64,000 nucleotides of DNA, taken from assembly GCA_027351205.1 (NCBI GenBank), contig DAIEIW010000211.1, forward strand, positions 1,205-65,204, written 5' to 3'. Source of the stretch: Acidithiobacillus sp. GTDB taxonomy: Bacteria > Pseudomonadota > Gammaproteobacteria > Acidithiobacillales > Acidithiobacillaceae. Of this stretch, positions 59,210-64,000 are shown piece by piece (within the stretch, counting starts at the first letter, position 1; each line of letters starts with the position of its first letter). The position numbers were made by a program, and so were the translations under genes. The notes beneath the pieces were generated by a model. It saw only the letters and a program-made list of their open reading frames with translations. It was not told the origin of the DNA and did not search any database.

Positions 59210-60371
59210 GATAGGGGCCTTCCCTTGCGGCGATTTCCGGCCGTTGCGAGAGGTGGACGAGCAGATCCGGCCAGTTATCTCCGGGCAGAATATTACCCAG
59301 GATCATGGGGTGCTGCGCCCCCGTAACCCGCTCCAGGTCCAGGCGTCTCCCCAGCAGGCACTGGCTGCCCAGCCAGGCAAAGGCCAGCGCCTCCAGGGCC
59401 TGACCGGGGATACCGCTGTGCCGCCCGCCGTGCAGCACCCGGGTCTCCGCCATGGCGTCCTGCAGGGCCTGCATCAGTGCCTGATTTTCGGCCCCGCCGC
59501 CGAATACCAGCATTTCCGCGGCACCCGGTGTCCAGGCTCTCACCGCCTGCGCCACAGACTCGGCGGTCAATGCCGTCAGTGTCGCCAGGAAATCCGCCGC
59601 GGAACCTCGCCAGGAAGACCACCAGCGCGTCACCAGCGACACGCCGAAAGTCTCCCGGCCCGTGCTTTTGGGAGGTGCTTGCCGGAAGAACACGTGGTCC
59701 AGCCATTCCTCCAGGCGTACCACATCGCACTGTCCGGCAGCCGCCAACCGGCCATCCACGTCGCAGGTAGCCTGCCCGGCGCTGCACAACTCTGCGGCGG
59801 CGTCCATGAGCACGTTGCCCGGACCGCAGTCGAACGCCACCAGCGGGCGCGGGTCGCCGGCACCCGGCAACCAGGTCACATTGGCCATGCCACCGAGATT
59901 GAGCACCAGACGCGGCTGTTCATCCTGAAAGCAGTATTGATGGAAAGGCGGCACCAGCGGTGCGCCCTCCCCCCTTGCTGCCACATCCGCACGCCGGAAA
60001 TCGTGGACCACAGTCAGACCTGTGGCCACCGCGACATCTGCCGCAGCGCCGATTTGCAGCGTGAAACCGGGCTCACCCCGTGGCTGATGACGAATGGTCT
60101 GTCCATGCAGGGCGATGAAGTCCACCGGACCCAAGCGGTCCATGGCCTCCCGGGCCACCCGTGCATAACAGCCGCCCAGACGCCGGTCGAGTTGCGCCAT
60201 CGCTTCGACACCCAATGGCCCGTTGGCGGCCAGCACTTCCGTGCGCAGTGCGGGCTCAAAGGCGTGCGTGAAAACACCCCGATACCCCCCACAGCCGGCG
60301 ACAGCCAAATCCAGCACCGCGGCATCCACACCATCGGCACTGGTGCCCGACATCAACCCCAGGCCACGCAA
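59190..60371 (-). CDS. anmK: Anhydro-N-acetylmuramic acid kinase
   Basis: GLMSGTS.DGVD, HGQTIRH, GEGAPLVP, NLGGMANVT, FDCGPGN, KSTGRE, EALAFAWL. TTG start. Confidence 0.95.
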   Translation of the reverse strand: MRGLGLMSGTSADGVDAAVLDLAVAGCGGYRGVFTHAFEPALRTEVLAANGPLGVEAMAQLDRRLGGCYARVAREAMDRLGPVDFIALHGQTIRHQPRGEPGFTLQIGAAADVAVATGLTVVHDFRRADVAARGEGAPLVPPFHQYCFQDEQPRLVLNLGGMANVTWLPGAGDPRPLVAFDCGPGNVLMDAAAELCSAGQATCDVDGRLAAAGQCDVVRLEEWLDHVFFRQAPPKSTGRETFGVSLVTRWWSSWRGSAADFLATLTALTAESVAQAVRAWTPGAAEMLVFGGGAENQALMQALQDAMAETRVLHGGRHSGIPGQALEALAFAWLGSQCLLGRRLDLERVTGAQHPMILGNILPGDNWPDLLVHLSQRPEIAAREGPYRALRSV

Positions 60372-60419
60372 GGCGGCTATCGGGTCGGAACGCGCTGCAG
60401 CCGGCGCGGCAACGGCACC

Positions 60420-60908
60420 TCAGTGGCCCTCGTCGTGCTCGCCGTGACCATGGACATGGCCGTGGGCCAGCTCTTCGGCGGTGGCATCCCGTACTTCCAG
60501 CACCGTCACATCGAAGTTCAGAGTCATGCCGGCCAGGGGATGATTGAGATCGACGGTAATCTCGTCACCTTCGATGTCGATTATCGTGGCCAGGCGTGTG
60601 CCATCCTCGGTCATGGTCTCAAACTGGGTACCGATCTCCAGCTCTTCGGCGTCGTCGAAATCTTCGACACCCACCACTTCCACCAGATCTTCGTCCCAGT
60701 CACCATAGCCCTCCTCGGGAGGGATGGAGACCTCCAGCCTGTCGCCGACACGACGCCCCGCCAGGGCCTGCTCCAGACCGGGGATGACGCCATGGTGGCC
60801 ATGCAGATAGACGAGGGGTTCTTCCCCCACAGAGCTGTCGATCAGCTCTCCTTCTTCATCGGTCAGGGAATAGTCGATGGTGACGACTTTGTCTTTGCTG
60901 ATTATCAT
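60420..60908 (-). CDS. slyD: FKBP-type peptidyl-prolyl isomerase SlyD
   Basis: VIPGLE, PEEGYG, DLNHPLAGMTLNF, HGHVHG His-rich tail. Start MIISK at 60908. Confidence 0.95.
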   Translation of the reverse strand: MIISKDKVVTIDYSLTDEEGELIDSSVGEEPLVYLHGHHGVIPGLEQALAGRRVGDRLEVSIPPEEGYGDWDEDLVEVVGVEDFDDAEELEIGTQFETMTEDGTRLATIIDIEGDEITVDLNHPLAGMTLNFDVTVLEVRDATAEELAHGHVHGHGEHDEGH

Positions 60909-60972
60909 CGCGCGAGTCCTGTAGGTTGGAGGGCCGAGGGAAAATGCTGTTCTACGTTGGCGGTGCGGCTCG

Positions 60973-61001
60973 ATTTTAGCCTGACTCTTGGGAAACGGCA
61001 A
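60973..61001 (-). promoter_or_regulatory. Putative internal sigma70 promoter for slyD and downstream genes
   Basis: Minus strand TTGCCG - 17 nt - TAAAAT, overlapping the hemH stop codon. Confidence 0.55.
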
Positions 61002-61989
61002 AGTTTTCCGGGGCATCCCAATCACGCCAATGAGGCTCCAGAATCCGGCTGAACGCTTCTGTCCAGAGAGGATTGTCGTTGAGCGCCGGAATATAGCGCA
61101 ATTCCTGTCCACCTGCATGGAGGAAGGTTTCTTTGCCTTCGAGGGCTATTTCCTGCAGTGTTTCTAGGCAATCCGCGCTAAACCCGGGACACACGGCGTC
61201 TACACGGGACACGCCGGCGCGCGCCAGCCCGACGAGCGTTCTGTCCGTATAGGGCTCCAGCCATCTGGCGGCGCCGAAGCGGCTTTGGAAGCTTTGCACC
61301 CACTGATCATCGGACAGACCGAGCGCCTGCACCAGCAACGCGGTGGTCCTTTCGCACTGGGCACGATAGGGGTCACCCTTTAGGACGGAGCTTTCCGGTA
61401 AGCCGTGGAAGGTGATGAGCAGGCGCTCCGCCTGTCCGTGCGCCCGCCACCAGGCGCGGATGCTGTCCGCCAGGGCGCCAATATAGGCGGGGTGCGCGTG
61501 CCAGTCGCGAATCATGCGCATTTCCGGGATTTCGCGCCATTTCCGCAATTCTTTGGCAACCGCATCAAAAGTGGAGGCCGTGGTGGCCGCCGCATATTGG
61601 GGATACAGCGGAACCACCAATATCCTGCCACATCCAGCGTCGCGCAAGGCCGCCATGCCCTTCGCGACGGAGGGATTGCCATAACGCATGGCCAGTTCCA
61701 CCCGGACCTGACCGGGAAACTGGCGATCCCAGCGGGCCTGAAGCGCATCGCACTGGCGCTGACTGTAAACCATCAGGGGGGATCCATCGGGAAGCCAGAT
61801 GCTGGCATAATTGCGCGCCGAGCGGGCGGGACGAAACAGCAGAATGGGACCGTTCAGGATGGGCCACCAAAGCACCCTGGGAAGTTCTACTACTCGGGTA
61901 TCGCTGAGAAACTCGCGCAGGTAGCGGCGCACCGCCGGGGCGGTGGGCGCATCGGGGGTGCCGAGATTGACGACCAGAATACCGATCAC
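60976..61989 (-). CDS. hemH: Ferrochelatase
   Basis: NLGTP, YPQY, FHGLP, FQSRFG, PGFSADCLETL. GTG start at 61989 overlaps the xth stop (GTGA). Confidence 0.96.
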   Translation of the reverse strand: MIGILVVNLGTPDAPTAPAVRRYLREFLSDTRVVELPRVLWWPILNGPILLFRPARSARNYASIWLPDGSPLMVYSQRQCDALQARWDRQFPGQVRVELAMRYGNPSVAKGMAALRDAGCGRILVVPLYPQYAAATTASTFDAVAKELRKWREIPEMRMIRDWHAHPAYIGALADSIRAWWRAHGQAERLLITFHGLPESSVLKGDPYRAQCERTTALLVQALGLSDDQWVQSFQSRFGAARWLEPYTDRTLVGLARAGVSRVDAVCPGFSADCLETLQEIALEGKETFLHAGGQELRYIPALNDNPLWTEAFSRILEPHWRDWDAPENFAVSQESG

Positions 61990-62759
61990 GCGCTGCTCTC
62001 CAACGTGATGTAGACGGGTGCGTGATCCGAGGGACGCTCCGCCGCCCGGGCGGCACGGTCGATGACCACATCCCGCGTACGCGAGAGAACGGGAGATGAA
62101 GCCAGAATCAGATCGATGCGCAGGCCCTGATTGCGCCGGAACGCCGCAGCGCGGTAATCCCACCAGCTCCACGCCCGCGCGTCGGGATGCAGCTTGCGGT
62201 AGCTGTCGTGCAGCCCGAGTTCCAACAGGGCGCCCAACGCCGCCCGCTCCGGCGCCGAGCAGAGGATGCCCTCCCCCCAGTCTGCAGCGTCGTAAACGTC
62301 ACGGGTATCGGGGGCAATATTAAAGTCCCCCACCAGCAGCAGTTGCGGCCAGCCCTGCAATTCTCCGGCGATCAACCCGCGCAGGCGCTCCAGCCACTGC
62401 AACTTGTAGGGATACTTGTCGCTGTCCAGGGCTTGGCCGTTGGGCACATAGACGTTGACGACGCGCAGGTCGCCGAAGCTGGCGGCGCACAGCCGCGCCT
62501 GCCCGTCGCCGCCATCCGGCCAGTCGCAACGGACATCACTGGGTGGTGTGCGGCTCAGTATGGCGACCCCGTTATACGTCGGTTGACCGTGATAGAGCGC
62601 CCGATAACCGGCATCCGCCAACTCGGCCACCGGGAAACGCGCATCGGCCAACTTGGTCTCTTGCAGACAAAGGACATCCGGCTGCTCGCTGCCCAGCCAT
62701 TCCAACACCTGCGGAAGGCGTACCTTGAGGGAGTTGACGTTCCACGTCGCAATTTTCAC
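61986..62759 (-). CDS. xth: Exodeoxyribonuclease III
   Basis: WNVNS, LQETK, YNGVAI, YVPNG, GDFNIAP, WWDYR, RID, SDHAP. Confidence 0.97.
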   Translation of the reverse strand: MKIATWNVNSLKVRLPQVLEWLGSEQPDVLCLQETKLADARFPVAELADAGYRALYHGQPTYNGVAILSRTPPSDVRCDWPDGGDGQARLCAASFGDLRVVNVYVPNGQALDSDKYPYKLQWLERLRGLIAGELQGWPQLLLVGDFNIAPDTRDVYDAADWGEGILCSAPERAALGALLELGLHDSYRKLHPDARAWSWWDYRAAAFRRNQGLRIDLILASSPVLSRTRDVVIDRAARAAERPSDHAPVYITLESSA

Positions 62760-62764
62760 GGAGA

Positions 62765-63373
62765 TTACCGGGGGGCCGTGGCGCTGACGCTGGGGCGCAG
62801 GCGCATGGTGTGCATCCAGGTCGTCAAATCCGGGAATTGCACCAGAAAATCCGGCGCGCGTAGATCAACGTAACCCACGGCCGCGACCGTCGCAATCTGC
62901 GCCAGGGTCAGCACCGACACGGTGCCGACATCCTGCCACGCGTCCGTCTCTTCCTGGAGCATCGCCAACGCGGCGAGGATCTTGCCACGGGCGCGCTGCA
63001 GCATGGCGGCATCCTGGCAATCGCTGGCATGGCGCTGCTCCAGCACCCAGGCAATGGTCGTATCCATGATGCCGCTCGCCAGCGCCTCGATCCGCAATGC
63101 CTCGATGCGGGCTTCGGGGTCGTGGGGGATGATGGCAGGTTCCGGGCGCAGGACTTCCAGATACTGGATGATCACCGCCGAATCATATACCGACGAGCCG
63201 TCATCCCGCACCAATACGGGGATCTTGCCCAGGGGGTTGTGCTCCAGGGCCGCGTGGCCGGGAGCGCGGAGATCCACCCACTCCACATCACAGGGGATGT
63301 TTTTTTCCAGCAGCGCGATTTGCACTTTCCGGGCATAGGGACTGGTCTGCGTAGCATAAAGTCGCATCGTCAT
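62765..63373 (-). CDS. Glutathione S-transferase family protein
   Basis: SPYARKV, NPLGKIPVL, YDSAVIIQYL. Confidence 0.9.
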   Translation of the reverse strand: MTMRLYATQTSPYARKVQIALLEKNIPCDVEWVDLRAPGHAALEHNPLGKIPVLVRDDGSSVYDSAVIIQYLEVLRPEPAIIPHDPEARIEALRIEALASGIMDTTIAWVLEQRHASDCQDAAMLQRARGKILAALAMLQEETDAWQDVGTVSVLTLAQIATVAAVGYVDLRAPDFLVQFPDLTTWMHTMRLRPSVSATAPR

Positions 63374-63458
63374 CTCTCCTTTTCTGCTGAGTCCGACCGC
63401 TATCTGTTATCATGACGAAAGCATCGCCCCAAGCCAACCCCGGAAAGACCAGCGCACC

Positions 63459-64000
63459 ATGAATTATGACCATCATTATCACGCGGGCAACGCCGCCGAC
63501 TGCGTCAAGCATCTGGCCCTGACCCTCACCTTGCAAACCCTGATCCGCAAGGACAGCCCACTTGCCTATATCGAGACCCATGCAGGAGCGGGACGATATG
63601 CCCTGGGCACACAGGGGGAACACCTGCAGGGTGTTTCGCGCCTGTGGGCGGACCGGCGCAGCCTGCCACATGCGGGCGCATGGCTGAAAATCGTCAGCAA
63701 TGAGAATGCTGACGGCGCGTTGCGCCACTATCCCGGCTCACCGGCCCTCGCTGCCGCACTGCTCCGGCCGACCGACCGGATGGTGCTCTGCGAGGAACAG
63801 CCAGAAGTCGCGACACGCCTGCGCAAGGCGATAGGGAAACGGGCACATACCAGCGTCGTCGGTGAAGACGGCTATCGCGCCCTCTTCGGGCAGATCCCCC
63901 CGCCGGAAAAACGCGGGCTGGTCCTCATCGACCCGCCCTTTGAACGCAGGGATGAATGGGAGCGCCTTGCCGACGCCATGATCCGCGCCTATCAACGCTG
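63459..64000 (+). CDS. rlmJ: 23S rRNA A2030 N6-methyltransferase (3'-truncated by window edge; absent from the ORF track)
   Basis: Hand translation from ATG 63459: MNYDHHYHAGNAADCVKH, IETHAGAGRY, YPGSP, GLVLIDPPFE. Confidence 0.93.
   Translation, partial: MNYDHHYHAGNAADCVKHLALTLTLQTLIRKDSPLAYIETHAGAGRYALGTQGEHLQGVSRLWADRRSLPHAGAWLKIVSNENADGALRHYPGSPALAAALLRPTDRMVLCEEQPEVATRLRKAIGKRAHTSVVGEDGYRALFGQIPPPEKRGLVLIDPPFERRDEWERLADAMIRAYQR

Noticed and set aside
14826-61052. Many long antisense/alternate-frame ORFs (e.g. 16572-18251 +, 26788-28221 -, 59244-61052 +, 1907-3166 +, 36670-37869 -)
   Set aside because: They shadow well-supported genes in a high-GC genome, have no motifs, and show the Arg/Ala/Pro/His-rich composition of off-frame translation.
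888-61118. N-terminal extensions in the ORF track (lpxL 888, PTP 3999, lpxC 19646, ftsL 25934, ddl 37418, accC 44893, coaE 52960, slyD 61118, hemH 62172)
   Set aside because: They overlap upstream genes and add non-homologous sequence; downstream starts fit RBS and family N-termini.
1-64000. CRISPR arrays, tRNA/rRNA genes, IS elements, integrases, prophage genes
   Set aside because: No regularly spaced repeats, cloverleaf motifs, rRNA signatures or transposase/integrase motifs were seen on either strand.

Overview
A GC-rich, mostly housekeeping 64-kb proteobacterial chromosomal window. Gene content and protein sequences point to Acidithiobacillus; that is inference, not a database hit. From left to right: a PatB-type aminotransferase (partial) and lpxL; a leftward LPS core/O-antigen/surface-glycan cluster (waaA, a PTP-fold phosphatase, waaC, three GT2, WaaL-like, ArnT/GT39-like, a frameshifted Uma2 nuclease, GT4, deacetylase); mutT-thiE fusion, argJ, secA, dciA, lpxC; sspA, fadD-like, a tRNA nucleotidyltransferase, a small hypothetical and rnpB; a full dcw cluster (mraZ to ftsZ, including murB); a ferritin-like diiron gene divergent from an HxlR regulator; aroQ-accB-accC-prmA-DUF3426-fis; slt, sspB, an orphan traT; a long leftward run (gst, xth, hemH, slyD, anmK, aroE, pilB, pilS, pilR, pilD, coaE, zapD, fbp); and partial rlmJ. 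I saw no CRISPR array, tRNA, rRNA, transposase or integrase. Best leads, all hypotheses: (1) the nucleotidyltransferase lacks the flexible loop, the hallmark of CC-only adding enzymes; (2) an ArnC-like + deacetylase + ArnT-like set without arnA/arnB, a possible hexosamine lipid A/LPS modification; (3) a PTP-fold phosphatase coupled to waaC/waaA; (4) a Cys-HxlR/diiron-protein module with a densely base-paired ~250-nt spacer; (5) PilR with a GAYSGA loop; (6) a Uma2 gene broken by +1 at GGG-TAG that keeps its own promoter. All motif comparisons were made by eye or from memory; no searches or folding were run.
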